A DNA stretch of 64,000 nucleotides from the NCBI RefSeq assembly GCF_009834535.1, contig NC_045697.1, forward strand, positions 115,880,001-115,944,000, given 5' to 3'. The notes beneath the pieces were generated by a model that was not told the origin of the DNA, did no database searches, and saw only the letters and a list, made by a program, of their open reading frames with translations. Shown in pieces: positions 50,235-62,200 of this stretch. The stretch is from Camelus ferus (Eukaryota). The position numbers and the translations under genes are program-made. How positions within the stretch are numbered: position 1 is the stretch's first letter; the number at the start of each line of letters is the position of its first letter.

Positions 50235-50790
50235 TTTCAAAGAGATGTCTGTACACCCATGTTCATGGTAGCCCTATTCACAATAGATAAAATGTGGAAA
50301 TAACCAAAGTGTCCATCAACAGATGAGTGGATAAACAAATTTGCTGTATGTACACAATGGAATATCATTCAGCCTTAAAAAAGGAAGGAACTCTGACATC
50401 TGCTACAATATGGATGAACTTTGAGACTGTTATTTCATTAAGTGAAATAAACCAAGCAAAAAAGATAAATACCATATGATTCTACTAATATGAAGTACAT
50501 AGGGTAGTCAAAATCACAAAGACAGAAAGTACCATACTGATTTCCAAGGGCTGGGGGAGAGAGAATAGGAAGTAAAACAACAGCTTGATGTATGAAGAGT
50601 TTCAGTTTTGCAAGTCGGGAAGAGTTCTGAAGGTGGATGGTGGTGATGATTGCACAAAAATAGGAATGTACTTCATACCACTGAACTGGACATATAAAAA
50701 TGGTTAAGATGTGCATTTATAAGTGGTTAACATAACAGAAATATTGTGTTATATGTATTTTACCACAATAAAGAAATTGAAAAAAAAAAT
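50235..50790 (+). mobile_element. L1MB-like 3' end
   Basis: TACACCCATGTTCAT..GTGTCCATCAACAGATGAGTGGATAAAC; ends TTTTACCACAATAAA followed by an A tail. Confidence 0.9.
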
Positions 50791-51899
50791 AGTAAAACTT
50801 GATGCAATATGTGAGGAGTAAATAATCATGTAAAGTGCTTAGCCCAGGCCTGAGAAATAGTATGTGTTCCTGGCTATGACTGTTTTGCTGTGCTTGATGC
50901 ATTTATTCTGTTTCAGCTTTAACATCCTTGTGGTAACAAATGATAGTTTTAGTAGCAGTGCTGTTTCCTTTTTACACTGAAGAAAGCTGTATGTGCAAGG
51001 TTTTGCTTTACAGCGCATTCATTCATTCAAAGATGCTGTCTTCTGTGACCACTGGTCTAGAGGGTGCTGTCGGAAGCATTAAAGAAGGTGTCTCTAAATA
51101 AGGTGACGTTTCAACTGGGTTCTGGTAGACCAGTAGGAGGCAGAGGAAGTTCGATGAAAAGGTAGGAAAGATAGATAGAGGTAGTTAGAACATGCAGACA
51201 GCCAAGGACCTAGAATTATGGGGTGTGGTTGATAAGGAATCTCCTTTTACTTTCCTATGGTGCTTTGTTTAGAGTTTCATCTCTATGGATTTAAAATAAA
51301 ATAAAAATAATACTTGTGAAGTATTTGTGTAAAGATCCGTACACCCCAAAGATAAATATGTAGGTAAATGCATTTCTTAAAGCACAAAAGATGTTGATAA
51401 AAAATATTTGCCATTCTTTTGACTGACTAGCATCTAAACTTATCCCCTGTGTGGAGGAATCTTCAATCTTTTGAGTCTCAGAAGACTCAGCATTCCATCC
51501 TAGAAGCTTAAGATTTTCAAGTCCTCAACCTCCCTTGTAAATAGGTCAATGTGGTCCAGGCTTTGCCAAAAAGACTCAATATCTTAAGCTTGAATAGGGA
51601 GCTGGAGACATGAGGAATTAGGAGATAAAGGAACAAATTATGACCTGGAAAGCAGCCAGAACAAGATCAAGATCCTGCACGGGAAGAAAAAACTACTCAA
51701 ATGGAAACACATGATACCTTTCGTGAAAAAGGAAGGATGACTAAGAGGTGGAGCTAAAAACCCAGAGAGAAGAACCAAAAGTCCTTGAAAATTAATTAAT
51801 CTTTGAACACTTTCCAAGCTGTATTTCAGAAGTTCTATCACGCAATGCTTCCTTAGTGCATTCCATTCCCTTTTTTTTTTTTTTTTAACAGTAATGTTT

Positions 51900-52790
51900 A
51901 TAATAAAGAGTTTGTGTCTGCCCCACCTTTGTTCACTGGATGTGGAGGTCAGTGTGGTGTGGCAGCAGGGGTGGAGTGGTGGGGAGGAGATACCTCACCT
52001 CTTTAGTTTTACAGGGCTACAGGTTGAAGGGATGGGTACTTGAAGGGCTGTATTTAAGGAGCTATTCCTGATGATGAATCATGTCCACACCCGGACCTAA
52101 TTTGATAAGAATCTGGACTTTAAGCTGATGCTATATAATGAGATGAAACTCTGGGAGGTGATTGGGAGTGAATATATTTGTATGCACAATGGACATGAAT
52201 TACTGGGATCCAAATGATGAACTACAGAAGACAGTTCCTCAGGCGGCTCCCAATGGTGTTTGCCTTCTGGTATTCAAGCTCTAGTTTAATCTACTCCACT
52301 TAGGGTGGGCTGGATTTACTGACTCTGGAAGACTGTCACAGAAGGTTTATGATGACATTAGGTTATAAAAAGACAGAGAACCAGGGGTCCCAACTTTCAT
52401 GTTCTCCCTTGCTCTCCCTTGCTCATTCTAAAGTAAACCAGCTACCATGTTATGAATTGTCTGATGGAGAGATTCAAATGGTAAAGAATGGAGGGAGGTC
52501 TCCAGCCAACATCCAGAAATGAAATAAGATTCCCAGTCCAACAGCCTGCAAAACTAGATTTTCCCAAGAACCACCTGAATGAGCTTGGAATTGGTTCCTC
52601 TCCCAGATGAGTCTTGGGGTGAAACCACAGACCTAGCCAATGGCTTGAAGGCAACTTCATAAGAGACCTTGATCGAGAGGTACCCAGCTTAGCTCCACGT
52701 ACACTCCTGACTCAGAGAAACTGTGAAAATAAACAATTGTTGCTTCCAAGGGTTGAGGTAACTTGCTACACAGTAAAATATAACTAGCAT
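51900..52790 (+). mobile_element. MaLR: MLT1 internal 3' end plus MLT1F-like LTR (LTR about 52223-52790)
   Basis: CAGCTACCATGTTATGAA, AGTCCAACAGCCTGCA, TGAGCTTGGAA and CAGAGAAACTGTGA..AATAAAC motifs. Confidence 0.8.
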
Positions 52791-53989
52791 GCCTCTCTAA
52801 AGAGTTTCAATATAATTAATTTCCTTAAATAATGTTTAAAATTAAAAGTAATCAAGAAATGACATTAATGACTCATTACTTAGAAATATGTAAGTAAAAC
52901 AGTGGAAAGTGGTTGCCTGTGTATCTCAGGACTAGGGAGTAGGAAGCGGTGGGGCGAGGACTGCTGCTTTTTCATTAAACTCTGACTTTCAAAAGTTTGC
53001 CTCACACTTCTAAAAGTCTCTTCCAGAAAATCCCTCCTCCGGGGCTTCTGAAGAGCCAGGGCTTCATTTTAAGATCTCAAAATTGCATAGCATTGTGTAG
53101 TATTAGGCAGCATTTCAAATGCATTACCTCTGTAATGCTCTCATTTCCCTCAATAGAAGATGAGAATAGCGCCGATTTTGACATTGTCCTGAAAGAAGAA
53201 AAGAAGGACTTGCCGACAGAAGCATTCCGTAACTCTGGGATGAGCAGTCAATTCATAAAATGTCAAATATTAAAATTATTTGAGCGGCCCGACACAATGA
53301 ATTTGCAAAGAGTAAAAGACAGAACGCGTGAGAAAAACTCAAGAAAGGCATTCATAAACTAAAACTTAAAAAAGTAATAATAAATCAGTGTAATTTGACA
53401 TTGAACTGATGAGGTCTTGCTTAATTTAAATTCTTTCATTAAAAAGTCATATGGCTTTCTTTGTTTTTTTCCTTCTGAACAATAGGTTACATCTATAACC
53501 ATGTCAAAGACAGAGAAATCAAGAGAAATGGCAAGGCTCCGAGGAGTGGGTAAAATGCTAGGATTTGAAGGACTGGGGTGTAAGCACCACCACTGACCTT
53601 GAAGTGCATGAACTCACTTTAGTGAATTAAAAACCATCCTTGGAGTGAAAATGAAAATAATCATGTACTTCATAAGGGCTGTGTTCAGACCAACAAATAA
53701 AATGGATCATAAAGCATTTATGAAAATAGAACCAAAAGGCTTGGAACTATGCTGTACTAACAATATGTTGGTGTCCTCATTTAAACCCTAGAAATTAAAA
53801 AACCTTGACTAAAGACCTAAAAGCATAGAGATGGGGGAAAAAATGGCTGACAGTTTCCAAAGCAAATTCCTCTCCTTGAAAGAAGGGTCGAAGGTTTACC
53901 ACTCAAATACAATTAAAATGAAAAACAAAAGAAGTCTCCCAGACTGAAGTATGGCAAGTAATGGAAATAAAAATGCCACTCACCCACCA

Positions 53990-54190
53990 CCCCTGCGATT
54001 TGTTGAGGGATTGCTATGTGCCAAGCATCGTACCGAGCAATTTACTTCCACTCTTTATTTACTCATCACAGAACTCCCACCAGTTGGGTGTATTTATACC
54101 TATGTTATAAAAGGAACTTAATAATAAGCAGGTCACGCAGAAAGCAGTTGAGCTGGTATTCAAATAAGGACCCACTGGAATGTAAAATCG
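53990..54190 (-). mobile_element. MIR relic
   Basis: TTTGTTGAG..CTATGTGCCAAGCA..GAGCTGGTATTCAAA. Confidence 0.55.
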
Positions 54191-55189
54191 GGTAGACAAG
54201 AAACAGTACATTGGGAATATAAATGCCCTGAAAAGATGTTTTTTGCTTTAATGAAGAAGAAGATTGCAAGTTCTTTGTTGAGAAACATACTAAACACCCA
54301 TCCCACTGTCCCCCATCCTGGGCTCTACTGGGCGGCTTAGGAAAACATTTTCTGTCTCAAGCTGCCACCCTACCCCAGACATCCCCGCAGGACCAAGAAC
54401 AGCCAAGCATCCTGAAACCAGTCCTCATTTTTTTTTTAATCGTCTAATTTCTCCAGCCTACAGTACATACAAAGAATTGAAGTAATGGGAGTACAATAGT
54501 CCAAACGTATATTGCAGGCTTTTCAAGGTAGGATGGAAACAATATACTTTTTTTAGCTACAATTACAGATCTATAAGCCTGTTCTTGAAATGTATTCTAA
54601 TGGCTAGGAATTCATATTTAAAATGTTATCACCCTACAGACAATTCCAACTTAGAACAAATTCTATTTCAAAGGTTCATTTGAAACTCAAAAAAAAAGAG
54701 AAATTTCCCATTAAGGCAATGCTCTGCCTGGTGGTCACTGCTCCAAGGCTGGTCCACAGAAGCCTCATACTAAATAAGAGATATCACAGAAAATAAATCA
54801 CCTTTTATAATGAGATTTCTGTGATAAAAAACAGCAACTTAAAAGAAGTGACGTAATGGCTTAGAAACTAGTAAGAACAGAGATGCCTTTTCTGATACGT
54901 GGTAAGAAAGATAGGTAGGGTGAAGTTTAGGCGAAACCCTCTCCTCGTCCCCATTTTATCCTGTCCTTACCCTTACAGGCATGGCTAGTTTATATGGCTG
55001 CACTCAGGGTTCCCTTTAGCACTTCCCGCGGCCTTCTATTGGCATTTATCTCAGTGTTTTAATACCTTATTTAAGTGTCTGCCGTTTTATGCATTCTGCA
55101 CCCGGCATCTTCCTAAAGCATCACATGCATTAAACATATGCTCGATAAAGGAATGACATCAGTAATAGGAACTCATTACCCTGTGGAAC

Positions 55190-55735
55190 TGCTCCCGCAA
55201 AAGGGAAAGTCCTCAATTCTTGTCTCTCCTGAAAGAGAAGAATTAGACAGGAGACAAAGAGTCATGTAGTTAAGATTTTAAAGGTTTTATCAGCAAAGGG
55301 AAAGTGCCCCTCCAAGAATGGGAGGCGGGCTGATCCAAGGGCATGATAGCAAGTGGTCTTTGTTTGCCCCCCTCTTCTCTCCCCTCACTTACAGGGGGTC
55401 TCTTGATTGACGGCTCTTGCCCCAGGAGTGCTCCGTCATGCTGGTCCCCCTTTGAGCATGTCCTTACCCATGATGCACACAAAAAACCCACAGGGGAGAG
55501 GAAGCCTAAACCACAATGCCAACTATATTACAATGAGCGCTGGGTCATGTCCAGTTTGGTCCTTGTCGCTGCCTCACAGTTGCAGCCATCTGGTCCCAAC
55601 CAGTTTCTTGCTGTCACTTATTTAGAGGAAGTAAAGCCCCTTTATGCTGAAGGGGGCACAACACCATCTTCCAGACCCTCCTCCCTCTCCTCCACCTTGT
55701 CAGCCTGGTGCCCCCACTTACCTAACTACCTAACA
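55190..55735 (-). mobile_element. ERV1-class solo LTR
   Basis: TG...CA termini (5' end TGTTAGGTAG on minus); TSD GAAC/GAAT. Confidence 0.8.
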
Positions 55736-56184
55736 GAATGACCCTGGTTCTCCTGGCAACTTTAAAAATGGCACCTAGAAATTCAATGTCTTCCACAGAA
55801 TGAAAAGTTGAAAACTGACAAAGCAAAACACTTTTTCAAAACAACGTACTAACCTGAATTTTCTAGAAGCCTATCTGCTTCTGCTGAGTCTATGCCCAGC
55901 AGCCAGAGGACCCATGGGACTCACAGCTCTGTTTCTCCACCTGCCAAGACAGTAACAGGGTTAAGACAGGGCAGCCCTAGAAATGCACGGTTAAGATTCT
56001 TCACAATGAACTGTGTTCCTGGTGGAAGTGCACACGCTGAAGTTTTACCAGCCCCCTACCCCAGTACGACAGTACATGCCACATGCATGCTTTATTCCCT
56101 TCAAGACAAGTGAAGTGATAAGTGGTTTTAGGTCCAAGTGAAACCTTCAAAGGACAATCTGAAAACTCCGCCACGTACTACCAC

Positions 56185-56496
56185 ATTTACAATGTTGTGT
56201 TAGTTTCTGGTGTACAGAATAGTGATTCAGTTATACATATATATATTCTTTTCCATTGTAGGTTATTATGAGATATGGAACGTAATTCCCTGTGCTACAC
56301 AGTAGGTCCTTGTTGTTTATCTATCTTATATACAGTAGTTTGTATCTGTTAATCCCAAACTCCCAATTTATCCCTCCCCTTCTTCCCCTCTGGGAACCAT
56401 AAGTTTATTTTCTATGTCTGTGAGCCTCCTACTGTTTTGTAAATAAATTCATGTTGTATCATTTTTAGCCAAGACATGGAAGCAACCTAAATGTCC
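56185..56496 (-). mobile_element. Lineage-specific L1 3' fragment with a short inverted segment
   Basis: 56185-56468 is antisense L1 3'UTR; 56467-56496 is sense L1 (AGCCAAGACATGGAAGCAACCTAAATGTCC). Confidence 0.88.
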
Positions 56497-57094
56497 TTCC
56501 CAATTTCTGTTGCAGTTCTTCAGAAAAGGGGAAGGGAGCATCTGTCTTTCTCCTGCGTGGCTCTGGCTTAGAGTTCATTGTGAGTTCCATTAGTTGGGTT
56601 AAAGGGATCATTTCACTAGATCCTTCACACTGCTTCAGTTACCGACTCCTTCTCTACCTGACATACCGACAAACTGAAGATGGGGCATAGGTCAGACATC
56701 TACTAAAGCGTGGAGAGAGATGGAGCGGCTATGTTACCCCACTGCCCAGCAAACTAAGTTAAAAATGCATAAAAATCCACACTGCAAATCCCCTTTGACC
56801 ATGCCCACTGGCCATGCTCACTACTTCATGTAAATTCTTAGCTTCCTCATCACAGACGGGTTCTTCTCTTGTCCAGTCCCTGGCAACCTCCCAATTCTTG
56901 TTTTATTGATAAAGGCAGTTCAGTTCTTTTTCTCATTCCTATGCTTTCCAAGCCCTTCCCCTGAAGCTTATCTTTTCCTAACAGCTAAACGGTTCATCTA
57001 TTCCAAAGGGACATTCTGCCACTTCCTGAGGTGGCTACAGTCTGCTAGGATCTTAAATAACAGATTGTTTCTCCTATGCACAGAGATGAAGCAG

Positions 57095-57507
57095 GTGTGA
57101 TAGTCAACTCTTCAGGGGTTTCCCATCTCAAGAGGCTCCCATCCTCTGTAAGAACCTCCACCCTCATGGGAATGGTGGGCGGGGTTATGCCTGTCCTCTG
57201 AGCGTCTTCCCTGCCCCCACCCTAACTGGTAGAGCCTCCTGGGAACACGGATGGAAGCTGGAGGGACTGGGATCAGGAATTAGATACAGAACCTGAATTC
57301 AGAGATAGCCTTGTGAATGCCAGCCGTCAGAGAGAGGAGCAGTGTGCGCCTGCTCAAAGATCCCTCGGGGCTCTGGTTCCGTCCTGCTAGGGCTACGCTG
57401 GTCTGCTCCGGTCTGTGTTGAGTGGATACTCCAATGTCCTTTATTGCTTTAAACTAGGTAGTGTTCATTTTTATTGCTTTTTCCTAAGATACCTTTGATG
57501 AATAACA
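57095..57507 (+). mobile_element. Possible very old MaLR-type LTR
   Basis: TG start; 3' end GCTTTAAACTAGGT..TGATGAATAACA resembles old MLT1 ends; weak. Confidence 0.3.
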
Positions 57508-59190
57508 CCTTCAGACAACCCACCCAGAAAACCACACAAATCCTCAGGACAAGACAAACAGCATTTTTTTTTTTTTTAAGAAAATTCAGGTCAGCCTGTG
57601 TCCTCTGATCAAAGAGATAGTCAGCCACTATTGCGAGAAAATGAAATGAGCCTGAAATCTATCGAGATACATTCATTTTACAGAACAATTCAAGACATCT
57701 CATTACATGTGATACTGAAATGACTGATGTCAGGGGCTTCCAGCTACTTCTAGGGGAGTCAATAATTCAGCTCAGGAAAAGTGCAGAATTAACATGGTCA
57801 TTACAGTATAGCAAAGCAAGATCTAGGAACACCTACCTCCATCATAACAGTAGTTAGAGGATTTGGGGTGGCGGGGGGAGATATCTAAAAGTTATTTTTT
57901 CTAAGCTTCCTTGGCTCCCCAAAATCTGTCATTTCCAGGAAGAGACTAAGAAACAGCACTCTTCAGACTCCAACCTATTACAGAGATGAAACCAGCTGTG
58001 TACACAAGGCAGTTTCCTCTGTTAATCAAGTTATCATACCTTCTACGCCCTTGAATTTCAAAGGGAAGCTTACAAATAATCTGATCTTAACATTTAAAAC
58101 ATGCAGTCTCCTTCTGCCCGCCAGACGGTAATGAACAGTCTGAAGTCACTCAGGCTGGATTTCCTTTTTCTAATTGCCCAAAAATTAAATAAAAATCTCC
58201 CGACATCGCTTCTGCTTCTCCCTGAAAACAGGATAAAATACAGCAAATTCTAATAAGCCAAAAAGCGTGAAGTTTTCCACGTCGCTCCTCAACACCACAT
58301 TTACATTCCCTTCCAAACGGCGCTAACTTCTCTGCCTCTTTATCTCCATAGAAATCAGATTGCTATAGCTCAAATTCATGTAGCAGAGAGAATTTTCTTC
58401 TATTAGAAAAAAAAGATTGTCTTCCATTTTGCAGCAAGGAGCTTTTTGTTTTATTTCCTTAATGCAAGATTGGGGGGCAGGGGTTGGGGGGAGGGGCGGC
58501 TTGAATTACAGGACTGTTTAAGCCATATTATTTAATTTCAGACTTGGTCCTTTACAGCCTATTACCTCAGCTGCCATCTCTCTTCCCTTTCCCTCATTTT
58601 CTGTTAGAAATTGATCTCATTGTTCTTGTCTGAAGAAAAAGACCCAGGCTCGGGGCATTTCAATTGGCTTTGGTTCAAGAATAAAGGATCCCTTTTAAAG
58701 TGAAAATCATGGTTTTTGCCAATTCAAATCACATTACTCATTTCCCTCTCAGACCAGGCAGAAAAGCCAGAGGCTACACCCAGCAGGATCTGTGCTCACC
58801 AGCTAAGAGGTCTGGCCATCTGCCACTTCACGGACAGTCCTTGACTTTGTGACCTGTGGGTCAATGAGGAGACCCCAGAATCCTCCTCGGAGGGTCTTCA
58901 ATTGGCAGCAACAGGCAAAGCACCATGCACTTCTGTGATTTTTGCACTTGCCTTTAGTTTCTGCATCACCATTAGTCACCTAAATAGAATATTGTTATTT
59001 GTCACCAATTTGTAGGGAAAAATGGACACTCGAGCTTATTTAGAAAGTGAGGCATTCCAAGCAGTTCAGGAGATGTAGTCTCTCTGGTGCACTGTTTCTG
59101 GAATGCCTGCTGGAGAACTGTGCACACCTGGAACAGTGCTCCTGCAAAGCTCCCTTCTTTCCTCTAATAAAGATCCACTTCTCTCATCTC

Positions 59191-59677
59191 CTTAGTAGGG
59201 AAGGACAAATCTGACTCCACGTTAGACCTATTCCTTTAGCTCCAACCCTGTGTTGAGTCACAGTGGTTCTGCACCTTTTGTAAAAGAATGTTGCCTAGAG
59301 CCTGAAATAAATAGGAGAGCCCATCCTCAAGGCTCTGACCTTTAAGGAGATAACACTTTCCCATTCATATAGAGAAAAAAAGTTACAGAACAGAGAATAG
59401 TATTCGTCTTGTTGGAGGCATATATCACGAGCTGACCTATGTGGACAGCTGCAAGAACAAAGAAGTTTGCAACAACCAACCACACCCCCTCCTCTTTTTT
59501 TAGTATAAAAAGGATCTGAATTCTGATTTGGGGAAGATGGTTCTCCGGGACATGAGTCCCCCATCATCTCAGTCTGCTGGCTTTCTGAATAAAGTCATTA
59601 TTCCTTGCCCTGACACCTCCTCTCCCAATTCACTGGCCTGTCCTTTGGCAAGCAGAACGAGTCTGAACTTGGTGACG
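59191..59677 (+). mobile_element. ERV1-class solo LTR, copy 3 of 3
   Basis: Reverse-complement homolog of 37207 and 47049; TATAAAAA near 59504; AATAAA near 59588; termini decayed. Confidence 0.88.
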
Positions 59678-59817
59678 CCACTCCCCCACAGTAAGACTAA
59701 TCTCGCCCCCCAAGTCCTCCTCGCGTTAGCAACCAGAGGATCTTCATGTTTTGATTTCTATGCTCTTCGCAGGTAGTGAATAGCTAGAATTCAGAGAAGT
59801 AAAATATGATCATTTCA

Positions 59818-59967
59818 GGGAGGAAAGTAGAGCTCAGTGGTAAAGCATGTGCTTAGTGGGCACAAGGTCCTGGGTTCAATCCCCAGCACCTCCATTAAAA
59901 TATATATATATGTAAATAAACTTAATTACCTCCCCCCCACCAAAAAAAAAACCAACAACTACAACAA
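59818..59967 (+). mobile_element. tRNA-derived camelid SINE
   Basis: A and B boxes; TSD AAAATATG(A/G)TCATTTCA (59801-59817, 59968-59984). Confidence 0.92.
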
Positions 59968-61314
59968 AAAATATGGTCATTTCAAATAACATCATGTAAA
60001 GCAAATGTGGTAAAATAATAGCAATTGGGGGATCTCAGTGATAAGCACACGGGAGGTTGTTCTTCCATTCTTACAACTTTTCTCTACATGTGAAATTATT
60101 TCAAAATAAAATGTTACCCAAAAAAATAGCATCCTCTTCTGAGTATAGGATAAAACTTTGAACTCACCATAGTCTAAGAGTTGGTATTTGCAGAGGTCAT
60201 CAGAACCATAGAACAGCACAGGAAAAGAAAAATGTTCAGGACTGAGGTGGGGGGAAAAATCACCCCTGAGTTAAAGATGGAAGCAGATTAAAGGTTTTAT
60301 TATAGAAATTTATTCCCTGCTTGAGTTTATGAGTCCAGATTCAAGGCAACAGGCCCAGGAAGAAGTTCGGTTTGTGGGTCTCCAGGCTTCTCCTCCAGAT
60401 CGTCATTTATCTACAAACAAAACACCCAAGAGGCCCCTCAATCTTTACATCAGCACCAGGCCAGCACAACCGAGGACAAATTAAAACATAGTGAGCATAA
60501 AACATGGCCTTGAGACAGATTAAAATGAGCAACGTATTCGCCCACATCAAACTGAGATGGCAAAGTTTAATTAATAAAGATAATGATCCCTTATCCACAC
60601 AGAATTATTCTCAAAGATGGATGTGTGGGGAGGCAGGCAGGAGGGTGAAAGGAAGCAACATTCTGTTCCTGGGTTATGTGACACTACAGGTGACCCAGGT
60701 GGCTCTGCAGTGCATCGCCTTTGGGACAGAAAGAGATCAGCATCACAGTCACGAAAGAGCAAACAAGATTATAGTTGCTACGCATTACACAACATGGAGC
60801 TGGCATGAGTGAAACGTCCTCCCTTCAATATTCAAGCTTTGTCTCCGTTCAAATCGCCAATTCTTTCTGAAGTTTTTCTAGATTGAGCAGATCTGCTAAG
60901 CACACGGCACAGGTGCAAGAGAGAGACTGACTATTTTTTTAAGTGGCAATTGGCCCCTCTGGGACATGTACGGATTTGCTGTCTCACATTTTGGCTTCCA
61001 AGGCAGAGCCTTCTGGGGAAATGTTACCGAATAGAAAATATTTGACACAATTCAGGAGTTCATTTTCAGCCTGCCCCTAGGGTAAATATCACCTAAACCT
61101 CAAAAATGCGAACCCATGAACATAGAAAAAATATATATACAAGTTGCTACACGTCTCCTTAGCTGTACCTGAAAAATAATTGGTGAAGTAATGAATAATT
61201 TTTGTTACCACAGTCAGTTTATCTAACGGATTAAGTAACCAATGTCTGCAAAGAAAAACAAATGCTGCCAAACAGATTAATTAATCATGTATCAAACTCA
61301 TGGCTTCAGGAGAG

Positions 61315-61570
61315 GGTCGCTGTAACTCAGTAACTAAGGCACAACTCTGGAGCCAGGTGCCTGGGTTGGAATTCTGCCTCTGCTGCCTCCTGGCTGTGCA
61401 ACATTGGGCAAGTCACTTAACAGCTCTGTGCCTCCATGCCTTCCTCACATTAAACAGCAACAATAACAGTACATGGTTCATTTGGTTATTGTAAGATTAA
61501 TGAGTCTAAATTACATAAAGCCTTTGGAACCCTGCCCAGCACATACTGATTGTTACATAATTATTGGCCA
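61315..61570 (+). mobile_element. MIR, near full length
   Basis: ACTCTGGAGCCAGGTGCCTGGGTT..TGGGCAAGTCACTTAAC..CTCTGTGCCTC..GATTAATGAG..TGCCCAGCACATA. Confidence 0.85.
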
Positions 61571-61779
61571 TTGTGAGTAGAATCTTAAAAGTAAACTTTC
61601 TCACTTAAATGATTAGGTGATGGGACTAAAACCATTCAAAGGTTCACTTTTTTAGGACTATGGAGAACTGGATTGAAGTCCTTCCATCCTTACACCCACA
61701 TGATCTGAAACAAGCCAACCCCTTCCTTGAAGATAAATAGGTAACAAACATGAATGATAACTGCTACTCATGACACACG

Positions 61780-62200
61780 AAGGCAAGCTGTAAGAGGAAA
61801 GACAGGTAGAGGGGGAAATGATTTAGGAGGGTGTCTGAAGACAATGCAAATGAGAGGTGAGCATGCTAGGGGCAGTCTAGGTGGTGAGAAGCGTTGGGAT
61901 TCAGATTTGGAGGATTTGTTGCTGGGAGAACAGAAAGAGCAGGAAAAGAGGGCAATCCAAGATATTGCTTCCGTGTTTGGCCTGAGCAGCCAGAAGGTCG
62001 GTCCTGCCTTTAAGGAAAATGGGAGAGTCTGGGAAAGAAGCAGCTTTGGGGGAGGAGAAATCAAAAGTTCAGTTCTGAACATGCTCATTTGAAAGTTCCA
62101 ATTCTCAGTATTCAAGCAGAGACTCAGGCAGGGAATTGGATACATCAATCTGAAAATCACGGCAGAAGTCAGAGGTCAAGAAGACCAGACCCAGGAGTCC
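61780..62200 (-). mobile_element. L2 relic
   Basis: TTTGGCCTGAGCAGC..GAAATCAAAAGTTCAGTTCTGAACATG motifs. Confidence 0.7.

Noticed and set aside
52997..53362. 121-aa plus-strand ORF with a protein-like stretch (EDENSADFDIVLKEEKK)
   Set aside because: Non-ATG start, weak donor and no recognised homolog; the purine run is equally explained as a minus-strand polypyrimidine tract.
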